Assembly: GCA_963810275.1 (NCBI GenBank)
Contig: CAWENF010000018.1
Coordinates: 1 to 64,000, forward strand
Direction of reading: 5' to 3'
From: an uncultured archaeon
GTDB lineage: Archaea > Thermoproteota > Bathyarchaeia > Bathyarchaeales > Bathycorpusculaceae
Length of the DNA: 64,000 bases
Both the position numbers and the translations under genes were made by a program. Numbering within the stretch: position 1 is the stretch's first letter; every line of letters starts with the position of its first letter. Under the pieces are notes generated by a model, which saw only the letters and a list, made by a program, of their open reading frames with translations, did not search any database and was not told where the DNA came from. Below are positions 42,327-53,189 of this stretch, in pieces.

Positions 42327-42845
42327 GCTGCTTTGTTTTGTGTAGCGTGCATCCATCAATTTCCCTTACCCCCTCTCTCTTCCCAGCGTTTCCCTTTGGG
42401 TGCACGCTACTCCCGCTAACATAAAAACAATGATACATAATCGAGTTGAGCACTTAGCGCTCCAAAACTTAAGCGTCTTTCTTTTACTCCGTCTGCCATA
42501 ATTTATGCTGCTTTAGGTTTCTGCTTTTTTATTTATAATTGAACTGCTTTTAGTCATCGATTTTCTAGCAGAGAATATCTGATTGCATTTTATCACCAAA
42601 ACATTACTCGTTAAACATTAGTGTCAGTATTGCTAACATCTTCACTCATCCAATTGACTAATTAATTGAGAATTAGATTCGGTCTAATTCCAAAACTTTG
42701 TTTTAGATTAACTCATGAATCTTTGCCTCAGGATAATCTTTTTTTACTTTTGTTTGCAAGAGTGTTATGGCCTAATGATACTCACAATCGCTTATATTTT
42801 TGCGTAATTCACTTTACTATAAGCATAATCAAGGACAGGAAAGTT

Positions 42846-45800
42846 ATGTTTTTTTTAGCGAATTTAAGGTGTACAAAGGCTATTTTGTTTACTATACTAC
42901 TTGTCTCATTACTTCTCCCATTTTCCAGTTTTGAGGTTACTAATGCCGCTTCAACAGCACTAACTCAGAAGTGGGTTGGCTATGTTGGTGGTGGCGGAGA
43001 GGCGCTCTTAACTTATGATGCTTTGCCTCAGTATGGCGGTGAGGAGATCTTTCATGCGGGTGGTTCTGTTGCGCCCAATTCGGGTGGACGGGTTAGTTGT
43101 CTAAACGGGAGGACTGGTTCGGTAATTTGGACCAGAACTATTGCTAATGTTGGAGATACCTGTCAGATACATTTAGTTGATATGGACAATGACGATACAA
43201 TGGAGCTGGTAGTTCCACTCCAGATGCCTGCTGGTGTTTACATCTTAAACACTGAAGACGGCAGTACTGTTTTCTCTGCAACATCCCTTGGTGGCGGTCG
43301 TATCGATTCAAGTCCCGTATCTGGTGATGTAGATAATGATGGTTATCCAGATTTGTTCATCGGTGTCATGGCATATGAGGAGCAGCCATCTACTGGAAAG
43401 GTAATTCGTTATGAATGGAACCCCTCAACAAGAACAGTTGTTGAGCGAGATCGAGTTCAGGTTTGGCATCCTTGTGCTGGAGGTCTGGCACTTTGTGATA
43501 CTGACAACGATGGACGTGTCGAGCTCTATATGAATGAGCGAGACGCCTATTTTGGTGATGGCAGTTGGGGCCGGGGCACTGTATCTTTTTGGGCAGACAA
43601 TCTAGAAGTGCGGTGGCAACTCTATGGCTGGGGAGCTAGCAGCAACATACCCATGCTAGCAGACGTTAACAAAGATGGCATAGTAGATGTGGTTACCACC
43701 GACCTGAGCGCTGGTGTTTGTGTTTTGGATTCAGCCACTGGGCAACCTTTGACAAACGATGATGGAAAAGTTCTTTATCAAACTAGTATTCCAGGCAGAC
43801 ACAATCACTATCAATCATCAATATACGACTTTGATGGGGATGGAAACCTAGAAGTTTTAAGCGGTGATGGATTTGAGGGAGAATTTGATTACATTTCGGT
43901 TTTCGATTTGTGGGATTGGACTTTAGACGCATCTATTGATACCACGATTGTTGGTCCAACTTTGACCCGGTCTTGGAAAGGTCCCACTGTTGGTGAAGTT
44001 AGTGGTGATGGAGTTATGGATTTACTGGTCGTCACCTTCGATCCAAACACAGGTAACAACGGTCAACTTCAGGTCTATGATAGAAATTATAACCTCCTGT
44101 ATCTGAATACTGGCTTGCGTCATAGAGCCATTGATGCTGTTGTTCAGGATGTTGACCGAAATGACGGTGGTCTAAATGAAGTGCTTGTGCTAACGCAGGG
44201 TGGGGTTATCTATTGCTTTGATTCCCCAGGAATTGCTTCTCAGCCAAGGGCTAGAAGTGAGGTACAGTTCTATAGTGAAAGTAGAAATGGTGCCTCAGAA
44301 TACATCGCTTATGAGCGACAGGTTAGTTCCACGCCCCCCGTAGTTCCGCCGCCCGCGCCTAACGATGGGCCGACACAAACTCAGCCATCTCTTACTGGAA
44401 GCACAAACTCAGATAATCTTGTTGCCACCCCTCAGGGAACCTATGATGCTGATGGTGATCGAGTAATTAATGTTTTTAATTGGCAAAAGAACGGTGTATC
44501 TTTAGCTAACATCAACCTACCTTTCGAATCAAAAACCAACTCTCAAGATGAATACAGCGGGTTAGCATCCATGAGGGATTATGCGTATGGTGCTTACGGA
44601 ACTGTTTTTGGAGCGACTTGGACTCCTAATGGTAAGGTTGGCGGCGCCTACTCTTTTGACGGAAATGATTTTATCAGAGTTGAGGAATCGAGCAATCGCT
44701 ATGATGGTGGCGGCTCTTGGTCTGAGATGTCGCTTGAATGTTGGGTAAAAGCGAGCTCTACATCTAATGAACGGTTGATTTTGAAAACCGATCGATATGA
44801 CACTAGAAACATAATCTCTTACAGACTTGATTGTCAAAATCAGGGTAGTCAACTCTTATTTACTTGGAATACAATTGGCGGAGCTCCCGCAATTACTGGC
44901 ACCACATCTTTAGGAGTAAACGGTTGGCATCATGTAGTCTGTACATACAACTCTGGTGTCGGATCTAGAAATTTACATTGACGGATTGCAAGCTAATAGT
45001 GCGTTGAGTTCCACTTATACTGGCAATGTATTGAATACTGATGGCCCATTCGAGATAGCCTTTGGCAGCGGTAGCGATTTTATCGGCTCAGTTGATGAAG
45101 TTCGGCTTTATCCATTTGAGGCCTCTGCTTCTATGGTGGCCCAGAGGTTTGCTGATACAAAAGACGGACTTAGCAGCAAAAGTACAATAAATTCTGCCGA
45201 TACATCAGTGGAAGATCAATGGCGATGTCAGGTCACACCCAACGACGGTAAAGTTGACGGTGCTACATCAAACACTGTAACCAGAACAATAACTACTGAT
45301 AACACAGTATATCTGCTAACTACAAACATTGTGGGCTCTGGCTCAGTAATTAGAAACCCAGATGCCGCCTCGTATGTTTCGGGCGTAATAGTTGGTTTAA
45401 ATGCGGTTCCTGCTTCAGGTTGGAGCTTTACTGGATGGAACGGAGATTTGACAGGTTCCACAAATCCCATTTCGATAACGATGGATTCAAACAAAGAGGT
45501 CACTGCAACATTCTCCCCAATTCCTCCATCAACCTACACTCTTACAACTAGCACCATCGGAAACGGAGCAGTAATAAAAAATCCCAACCAAAATATATAC
45601 AATTCCGGTGCTGTAGTCCAATTAGCTGCTTCTGCTGAATCTGGCTATGAGTTTGCTGGTTGGAGTGGAGACTTAACAGGAACAACAAATCCAACAACAA
45701 TAACTATGGATAGCAACAAAGCTGTGACCGCTACCTTCACTGAAATCTCCAGTGAAAGTCATTTTTTTGAAGATACCTTTGAATCAAACAACCTCTCCAC

Positions 45801-47437
45801 ATGGGATGGATTCGATGGTGGAGCTTCAACTTCAAGTGTAAGCCCTTATGCTGGAACCTATCATCTTAGCAGCAATTTGTATTCGGGTGCTAATAATGGC
45901 TGGAGTGGAGTATACAAGAGCATTGCAGGAACAAACCCTGTATATCTTAGTGCATCTGTACAGTTTAATGCACCACCAAACACTGACAATGAGGACCAAT
46001 GGGCTTTATGTTTTAGTCAAAACACTGCGGGCAATGCCTTAGCATATGCTGGAGTTCGCCAAGTTAGCGGCACTTTGTATTGGACTATATGGTATATCTC
46101 TAGTGGTAATACTTTTAATTATCAAGTATCCACTACCACTTACAGTAGTGGGTGGCATAACCTAAAGCTTGGGATCTATCGAGGCACCTCTACTGACGGA
46201 TGGGTTGAACTCTATATTGACGGTGCGTTGACTTGCTCAGTCCACAACCTAGACAATGCGGCCAGATCGCTTAATTATGTTAGGGCTGGATTTAGTTACT
46301 CTGATGCCCCCGCCTCATCTTCGACGACCCTTTACATCGATAACTTAATAGTGGACTCAACACCTACAACACCAACACCAACTGAGCATAGTCTAACAGT
46401 AAATGTGGTTGGTAGCGGCTCAGTGACCAAGAACCCAAATCAAGCCACCTATCAAGACGGGCAAACAGTTTCACTGACAGCCTCTGCTGGATCCAGCTAC
46501 CAATTTACGGGCTGGAGTGGGGATTTGAGTGGAACGACCAACCCTGCCACCATAACTATGAATAATGACAAAACAGTAACAGCAACCTTTGCACCTGTTC
46601 AACCATCATCATACACTTTATCAACTAGGCATTGTAGGTAGTGGTTCGATTAACAAAAATCCCGACTTAAACGCCTATGCCTCTGGCGCCGTGGTTTATT
46701 TAACTGCGGTTCCTGCTTCAGGTTGGAGCTTTACTGGATGGAACGGAGATGCATCAGGAACCAATCCCTCAACATCTGTTACCATGACAAGCAACAAAGC
46801 TGTAACTGCAACCTTCACCTCTAATGGCGGTTCATTTTTTGACGATTTTGAGTCTGGCAATCTAGCCGCTTGGGATGGAAGCGACGGCGGAGCAACAACT
46901 TCAACTATTAGTCCTTATACGGGAAGGTATCATCTTGTTAGCAGTCTATCATCTGGCTACAATAATGGGTGGAGCGGAGTTTACAAAAGTATCTCTGGAA
47001 CTAATCCTATCTATTTGAGTGCACAAGTCCAATTCAATAACCCCCAAAACACCGACAATGAAGATCAATGGGCGCTATGTCTTAGCCAAAACAATGCCGG
47101 CAATGCTTTAGCCTATGCAGGAATTCGTCAAGTAAATGGAGTACTCTACTGGACTATCTGGTACATCTCTAGCGGAAACACCTTTACTTATCAAGTATCA
47201 AGCACAACCTATTCCTCTGGTTGGCACAATCTTGAGCTTGGAGTAAATCGCGGATCATCTGGCAGCGGATGGGTTGAATTATACGTCGATGGCGTCTTAA
47301 CTTGTTCAGCTCACAACTTAGATAATGGTGATAGATCTCTCAATTATGCTCGTGTTGGCTTTAGCTACTCTGATGCTCCTTCAATATCTTCCACAACGCT
47401 ATACATAGATAGTGTCTTCGTTACTGATTCATCTTAG
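42846..47437 (+). CDS. Large secreted multidomain protein (~1530 aa): FG-GAP-like beta-propeller, LamG/ConA-like domain, InlB-B/Flg_new repeats, two duplicated lectin-like domains; frameshifts near 44960 and 46625
   Basis: Repeated DxDxDGxxD/E motifs; GAYSFDG...WHHVVCTY...VDEVRLY; four 'F.GW.GD..G..NP..ITM..NK.V.ATF' repeats; three consecutive ORFs join. Confidence 0.8.
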
Positions 47438-47689
47438 AAAGAAACTAATTTTACTCATTTTTTGAATTTGAATTCATAAAAAGCCAACTTTGCATTATTA
47501 ATATATTTTACAAGAAATTAGGTTCGGCATCTAATGTTGGATAGTTGTACAGGTTATATCCAACAAAACCTAATATTTCAATCTACTCCGACTTCCTTGT
47601 CAAATATTTAGCCCTACTCAAAGCTATGTTCATCTATAAGATTTGACTATACGCTCGAGGCTGTAAAAGCAGAATCACAACTTGTGAGG

Positions 47690-48769
47690 CTATTTTTTTT
47701 GTCTTAGCGCCTTTGGGATATAGGCGCACCTAAGGTCTGAACCAAAAATGTCACCGGTGTAAAATAACGCCGCAGAACGACAGCCACCGCATATGTCAAG
47801 GTACTCGCAGACACCGCATTTACCTTTTAGATTTCTCTTGTCCTTTACTTTGCTAAAGAAATCCGAATTTTGCATTCGATTCCAGATTTCTTTCACTGTT
47901 TTATTTTTAATATTTCCAACGCGATATGTGTCGTTGTAGCTGCATGGTATGACATCGCCGTTTTCAGCTATGCTCATGAACTTGCCAAAAAAGCACCTTC
48001 CAAGGAAGAAGTTGTTGTACCATTCGTCGAAGTTTTGTATGCCACGTTGTTTGGCGACTCTGGCATAGAAGGGGATATAAACGTTAATGCCTGGGGTGCC
48101 GTTGTATTTTTGCGTTAAATCAAAGAGCTTGTTGCATACCCATTCGTATTGCGCAGGCGTCAAATCCGCTTTAAGACACTGGGGGTCCCCACTGTAGGGT
48201 ACAAATCCGTGGAAAACCACCCACCGCGCACCGTATTTTTTGGCGAGCTCCAGCACATGCACTATGTCCTCTTCGTTTGCGTTGGTCACATCATCTCGAT
48301 TGGCAAAAGTGTAAACTAAAACGTTAAGCAGACCCTCTTTAGAAAAGCGCTCAATAGCAGCGACCGCCGCATCGTATGCGCCTTCTCCCCGAATAAAATC
48401 ATTGTTTTTCTTTGCACCGTCAATGCTCACAGAAATCTTGGTCTTATTCTTAATTATGTGCTCTATAGCTTTCTCGTCAAGCAATCTACCGTCGGTTATG
48501 ATGCTGGTGTTTAAACCTTTACTGACTGCATAGTCCAAAACTTCAAAGAGATCTTTTCGCTGAAAAGGCTGTCCACCTGTTACACCAAAAAAGCTTGCGC
48601 CAAACTCGCTGACTTGGTCAACGATTTGCATTGCTCCTTGTGTGTCTACCTCGTCAAGGAAAGCGGCTTTACCGGCCGAAACGCAGTGGGCGCAGTTAGC
48701 CTCACAGGCAAACGTACATCGCCACGGAACAATCAATAGTGGTCCCTTACTTGTCAAGCTCGAAATCAC
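47690..48769 (-). CDS. Radical SAM/SPASM protein (NirJ/Ahb/PqqE-like)
   Basis: CEANCAHC (CX3CX2C), TGGQP, SPASM RCFFG...GDVIPC...CGVCEYLDICGGCRS...C. Confidence 0.88.
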   Translation of the reverse strand: MISSLTSKGPLLIVPWRCTFACEANCAHCVSAGKAAFLDEVDTQGAMQIVDQVSEFGASFFGVTGGQPFQRKDLFEVLDYAVSKGLNTSIITDGRLLDEKAIEHIIKNKTKISVSIDGAKKNNDFIRGEGAYDAAVAAIERFSKEGLLNVLVYTFANRDDVTNANEEDIVHVLELAKKYGARWVVFHGFVPYSGDPQCLKADLTPAQYEWVCNKLFDLTQKYNGTPGINVYIPFYARVAKQRGIQNFDEWYNNFFLGRCFFGKFMSIAENGDVIPCSYNDTYRVGNIKNKTVKEIWNRMQNSDFFSKVKDKRNLKGKCGVCEYLDICGGCRSAALFYTGDIFGSDLRCAYIPKALRQKK

Positions 48770-48908
48770 CAGGGTATAATGCCATAAAGCATGTTTTTGG
48801 TATTTAACATTTCACAATAGAAAGGCTATTTGCATGTACTGTTGTTGATTCCGAGAATCAGAAATTTTAAATCTCAAAAGGATGCTTCCGTAGAGAGATG
48901 TGTGTGTT

Positions 48909-49319
48909 ATGGTTAAAGGATCAGCTAAACTTGTCAAAAATCTTCAGTTAATAACAGAAAACGGCAGAGGGCATAGCGTAACCTGCGACCTACCCGAATC
49001 ACAAGGCGGAACCAACACGGGCCCAACCCCGCTGGAGCTGGCCTTAATGGGGCTTGCAGGCTGCGGAGTAGCCATATATGCTGAAGTATGCAAAAACAGT
49101 AAAATAGACCCCGGCAGCATCCAAGTTGACGTGGAAGCAACAAAAACCCTCGGTTCTCCCATCATAAGCGATGTAACAATGAAAGTAAATATTAAATCAA
49201 AAGTTCGGAAAGGCTTAGTTGAGGCGGCATGGCGCAGAACTGAAGCAAGCTGTCCAGTGATCTTGATTTACAAAGAACCATTGCCAGTAAAAGTTGAAGT
49301 GGATATAAAAGCCGAGTAA
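48909..49319 (+). CDS. OsmC-family protein
   Basis: DLPESQGGTNTGPTPLEL...LAGC, second Cys in SCPV. Confidence 0.88.
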   Translation: MVKGSAKLVKNLQLITENGRGHSVTCDLPESQGGTNTGPTPLELALMGLAGCGVAIYAEVCKNSKIDPGSIQVDVEATKTLGSPIISDVTMKVNIKSKVRKGLVEAAWRRTEASCPVILIYKEPLPVKVEVDIKAE

Positions 49320-49467
49320 CCGGCTTTTCCACCACCTTGAATAAAGATACGTATTTGTTGGAGCAAAATTGCTGATCAATCAACGTGACTTTAAATTTAA
49401 AGCCCTTTATTTGAGTGAGTAGCGACTATCTTAAACCTGAACTTCTGAAGTAAACTATTTCCACTGC

Positions 49468-50818
49468 TCAATAGTACTTTTCCGCAATTTTTTTTGCTTC
49501 TTCATAGCTGTTTTCTTCTTTCTTTGTCGAGGTGTGGTTTTCCTCTCTTTCTGTAGTTCCTTCTTCTTTGGAGGATTTCCTCACATTTTCTCCAACTTTC
49601 TTTTTTGCCTTTTCAATATAGCTTGTGAGATCCATTTCCTTGAGTACTTTTTCAGGTAATGTTTCGGGAGCATAAAACAAGGGTAGAGTTGCCATGAACA
49701 AGAAGAAAGCTGCGAAAGAAAATACTGTTTGCTCGGAAATAAGATTATTCTGGGCTAAGAAAGTTCCCAATGAGTCTCCAGTGAAGGTTGATAATAGGTA
49801 AGGCAAGACACCTATGAGATAATATTTTTCAGCGTGATTATTTTGTGCAATATCACCCCAAAGTGTAGCTATGAAAAGCATCGTGAAAGCCCCCCAAGCG
49901 ATTCCGTCTACACATACATAAAACCATGCAACACCGTAGTTTTCGGGGAAAAGACCCAAAGTTGCATAACCTATGCCTAATAGTGCAAATCCCACTAGCG
50001 CTAAGCGTTTTCTGCCTTTTTTGTCAGCTATAAAACCGAAGGCTATTGCACAAATTCCAGCTATAACATTTGAAAGAATTATGTAGTTTTGTGAAAAAAA
50101 ATAAGGAAACTCTGAAAACGAGTTCTTGATAACTATTGAGGTTAACTCGTTGATAAGCGCAAACATTAGCCATGGTACAATGAAAAGTAGAAAGGTGCGA
50201 TTTTGAAAAATGGATTTATAGGATATTTTTTTGTTTGGTTCAGCTTGACTTTCAGGGCCTTTATAATTTAGAAGGAACAAACCGATTAATAGCCATGTTA
50301 TTAAAACAATAGGGGCAAGATATGTTTGGGAGGCGCTTATTGTAGTAAGCACCGTGACTCCTGTCACTATTAGGAGAATCAATGCCCCACCGAATTTTGC
50401 TCTGTTCTTTGGTTCAGTGCAAGCTGCGAAGAAGCCTGCAGCAATTGGCATTCCTGATCCGAAATAAGCTCCGGTTAATATACTTAGGATTAGCAGGATT
50501 GAATAATTTGAAATGAAGATTAGTACAAATAATGCTGATACTAGAAGACCTGCAAGGAGCCAGTATTTTAGCCATTTTTTCCTATTTTCAATTTTTTCTA
50601 TTATGAAAGAAGCACAAAAAGCTGAAAAGATAAATGCCAAGAAGTTTAAGCCTATTAATATTTGAAAAATGTCACTGGAGATACTCATTGGTGAGGATTG
50701 CTTCCTTTAAAAAATTAAAGGCAGTTAGATACCAGACAAAGGCGTTAGCTAATAAAAAGGTGCCAACTATTGCGTTTTTTAGATTTTTTGGTATTTCTTT
50801 ATTGTCACTGTCTAGCAT
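49468..50818 (-). CDS. MFS transporter; true start probably ATG 50818 with a frameshift near 50690-50710
   Basis: Upstream frame MLDSDNKE...LLANAFVWYLTAF supplies TM1; motif A GFIADKKGRKR, terminal APETLP; ~12 TM in total. Confidence 0.82.
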
Positions 50819-50883
50819 AGCTACCGCATGCTGTTATTCTACACTCTACACGTAATTAAGATTAAAGTATTACCAAGCAGTAT

Positions 50884-50912
50884 TACAAGTTAATATCGGC
50901 AATTAACTTGTA
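50884..50912. promoter_or_regulatory. Perfect 11-bp inverted repeat upstream of the MFS gene (candidate operator)
   Basis: TACAAGTTAAT-N7-ATTAACTTGTA, ~66 nt upstream of ATG 50818. Confidence 0.55.
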
Positions 50913-51042
50913 GATCTGTCCAACAACCGCTAACTTTTTATGCATAATTGTACTACAATAATACACAAGGAAGGATTGAGAAGGCTTGAATAACAAAAAA
51001 CTAACTAGAACTTTCGGCGGCTGGTAAGCGCACTTTCTTTTG

Positions 51043-52041
51043 CTATATTTCCATAGATAGTGCTTTAAGTATTACTGCTGCCTCTCTTCCTTTTTCATTC
51101 TCATTCAGTAAGGGATTTTCTACTAATTCTTTCACACTCATTTCATGTAACTCAGCCTTAAGATTCTTAACTTCGATAGAGTTCAAAACTTCTCGAGTTA
51201 TTGAGGATATTGTGTTCTTCGATAATTTGCCCTTTTCCACAATAGCTTGAAAGTTTGCCCTAAACTTCCTATTTTGAAATGCACAAATAACAGGGTAAGG
51301 AGGCATTTCATTGGCAAGTCTGCTTTTAAACTCATAGAAATTTTCAGTATCTAAAAACTCGTCCTTCATTGTAGCCAATAATCCTATTACTCTGCCATAT
51401 CGACTTATATTTTCCAGATCAGTTTCGTCTGCACCTGCGATTATTCCTCCAATCACGCATTGAAGTTCCGCCACTGTTGCTTTATGAGTTATTACTTCCA
51501 AGTATTGATCGGGTGCAACACAGGCTTTTTTCCATAGCTGGGTTTCAGTCGCTTCGGCTTCTGCTAGTTCATACATGGATCTTGTCATCAAATTCGAAAT
51601 TGAACTTCTCTGTTTTGCTTGGAAATGTTCTAATCCATTTTGAAGCAGTTCCATTCCTTGCATTAATAAAGCATCTCCAGCGAGAAGTGCAATGTTTTTT
51701 CCGTACTTGCCGACAAGGGTAAGTCGTCGGAATTTGCTTTTTGACCTGTCTATAATATCGTCATGGATGTCTCCTGACGCGGTTACTAAGAGCATGGCTG
51801 GGCCAAGCGGCTTTGTGCCTTCAGGATTTCCGCCGACTAATTCACATGAAAGGTGCATTAGTGCCGGAAAAATCGGCAAAACTCTTGGAAATATCATGCG
51901 CGCATAATAATTAAGCGCTTCAGAAATTACTCCATCTCCGTATTTGTTTTCCAAAATTTGCTTTGAGGCTTCATTAAGTGCCAATTGACCCCGTTTATCT
52001 ATAATATCTATGGCCAAGGCAGTAAGCGATTCTGATTGCAT
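51043..52041 (-). CDS. Trans-isoprenyl diphosphate synthase-fold protein with non-canonical motifs (possible ComQ-like prenyltransferase)
   Basis: FARM IHDDIID and ALLAGDALL present; the RRG loop reads KFR; KT motif reads KAT; second motif reads TMKDEFLD rather than QxxDDxxD. Confidence 0.8.
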   Translation of the reverse strand: MQSESLTALAIDIIDKRGQLALNEASKQILENKYGDGVISEALNYYARMIFPRVLPIFPALMHLSCELVGGNPEGTKPLGPAMLLVTASGDIHDDIIDRSKSKFRRLTLVGKYGKNIALLAGDALLMQGMELLQNGLEHFQAKQRSSISNLMTRSMYELAEAEATETQLWKKACVAPDQYLEVITHKATVAELQCVIGGIIAGADETDLENISRYGRVIGLLATMKDEFLDTENFYEFKSRLANEMPPYPVICAFQNRKFRANFQAIVEKGKLSKNTISSITREVLNSIEVKNLKAELHEMSVKELVENPLLNENEKGREAAVILKALSMEI

Positions 52042-52129
52042 ATGCGATATTACATTTGAATTCGTATTTGTAATTTTAGGTTAAATAAAATGAAGGAAAA
52101 TGTTCGTTGCCACTTTTTGGCTTTGTGAT

Positions 52130-52174
52130 TTACCATCCACCGAATGTAACTGGTTTTGCTCTTTTTTTGTCCAT
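52130..52174 (-). CDS. 14-aa peptide MDKKRAKPVTFGGW, candidate precursor of a prenylated-Trp peptide
   Basis: ATG GAC AAA AAA AGA GCA AAA CCA GTT ACA TTC GGT GGA TGG TAA; SD GAGGTGA (52186-52180) 5 nt before ATG; too short for the ORF track. Confidence 0.7.
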   Translation of the reverse strand: MDKKRAKPVTFGGW

Positions 52175-52196
52175 TTTCTTCACCTCGTTATCTTAA

Positions 52197-53054
52197 TTAT
52201 TCATGCAGTAGATATCCGTAAATCCAACCAAGCACTTCAGGCGTATCTATCCTGGTATGGTAGCTGACTCCGTTGCAGTTACTACTTGAAACGAACGCAT
52301 TAAGCCCAACCACAATATCATCGTAGATGACAGGTCCTCCAGAATCGCCGAAAGATACTGCGCCTTTGCCTTGGCTGGGATTAGCAGTCAACTTCAAATA
52401 TTGTTCACTGCCGCAGAAATTCGAAGGCACAAATTCGACTTGCGCGCTTAATTGAGCTATTTCACCGAACCAAGATTTTTGGAGACCACTGTTTTTGGGT
52501 GTGGTTTGGGCTTGCATACCGTAGCCGATGATTGTTAGGTCGGTTTTGGCTTGGAGACTGTCAGTGAAACCTGCGGGTGGCAGCGGAGCAAACTTTGTCA
52601 CTTCTTCTACGGGGCGGTCGAGGATTATTGCGCCAATGTCGCTTGTTTGGAACTCTTGGTTGCCAACTAATGTTGGGTTGTAGGGAAATTGTTCAGAAGC
52701 AGGGACCCCATTGTAGAGGGCATCATCATCTCCGTTGTAGATGATTTGGGCGTTTTTCACAGTGAAGCTTGGAGCTTGGTCGAAGCAGACGCTCACAGCT
52801 ACGACACCGATTAGGCTGTGACCAGCGGTTATCATAACTGTGGGTGAGATCAGAAAGCCACTACAGTAGCCCTTGGGTATTGTTCGGTCAATGTCGGTAA
52901 ATAAGGCAACTACCCCAACATATGGGGTTTGGTCGACTGTAGGATTGCCAGTTATGGCGGTTGCTGACCCCGCAAATAGTGTAATTGGAATAAGTAGGGG
53001 CAAAAGTGTTAGTACTGCTATTCTGTTAACTTTCAAGTCATGATACCCCTGCAC
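52197..53054 (-). CDS. Secreted S1 (trypsin/chymotrypsin-fold) serine protease
   Basis: Signal peptide, mature-like ITGN, CSGFLISP..MITAGH, SDIG, GDSGGP; real start may be TTG 53036. Confidence 0.88.
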   Translation of the reverse strand: MQGYHDLKVNRIAVLTLLPLLIPITLFAGSATAITGNPTVDQTPYVGVVALFTDIDRTIPKGYCSGFLISPTVMITAGHSLIGVVAVSVCFDQAPSFTVKNAQIIYNGDDDALYNGVPASEQFPYNPTLVGNQEFQTSDIGAIILDRPVEEVTKFAPLPPAGFTDSLQAKTDLTIIGYGMQAQTTPKNSGLQKSWFGEIAQLSAQVEFVPSNFCGSEQYLKLTANPSQGKGAVSFGDSGGPVIYDDIVVGLNAFVSSSNCNGVSYHTRIDTPEVLGWIYGYLLHE

Positions 53055-53189
53055 ACTACATTGTTTCGCATGTCTTAATATTTAAAGAATATGAATTTCT
53101 ATTATAAATCAGTGAACTGTAGAACAAAAATGCACATTCTAAGCCAGCAAGCAAAACTCTTAATAGCCAAGCCTTAATCAGTGGGTTTC

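Noticed and set aside
50880-50942. Micro-ORF MHKKLAVVGQIYKLIADINL between the prenyltransferase and the MFS
   Set aside because: No SD motif, no Trp or Cys acceptor, and it overlaps the palindrome and promoter region.
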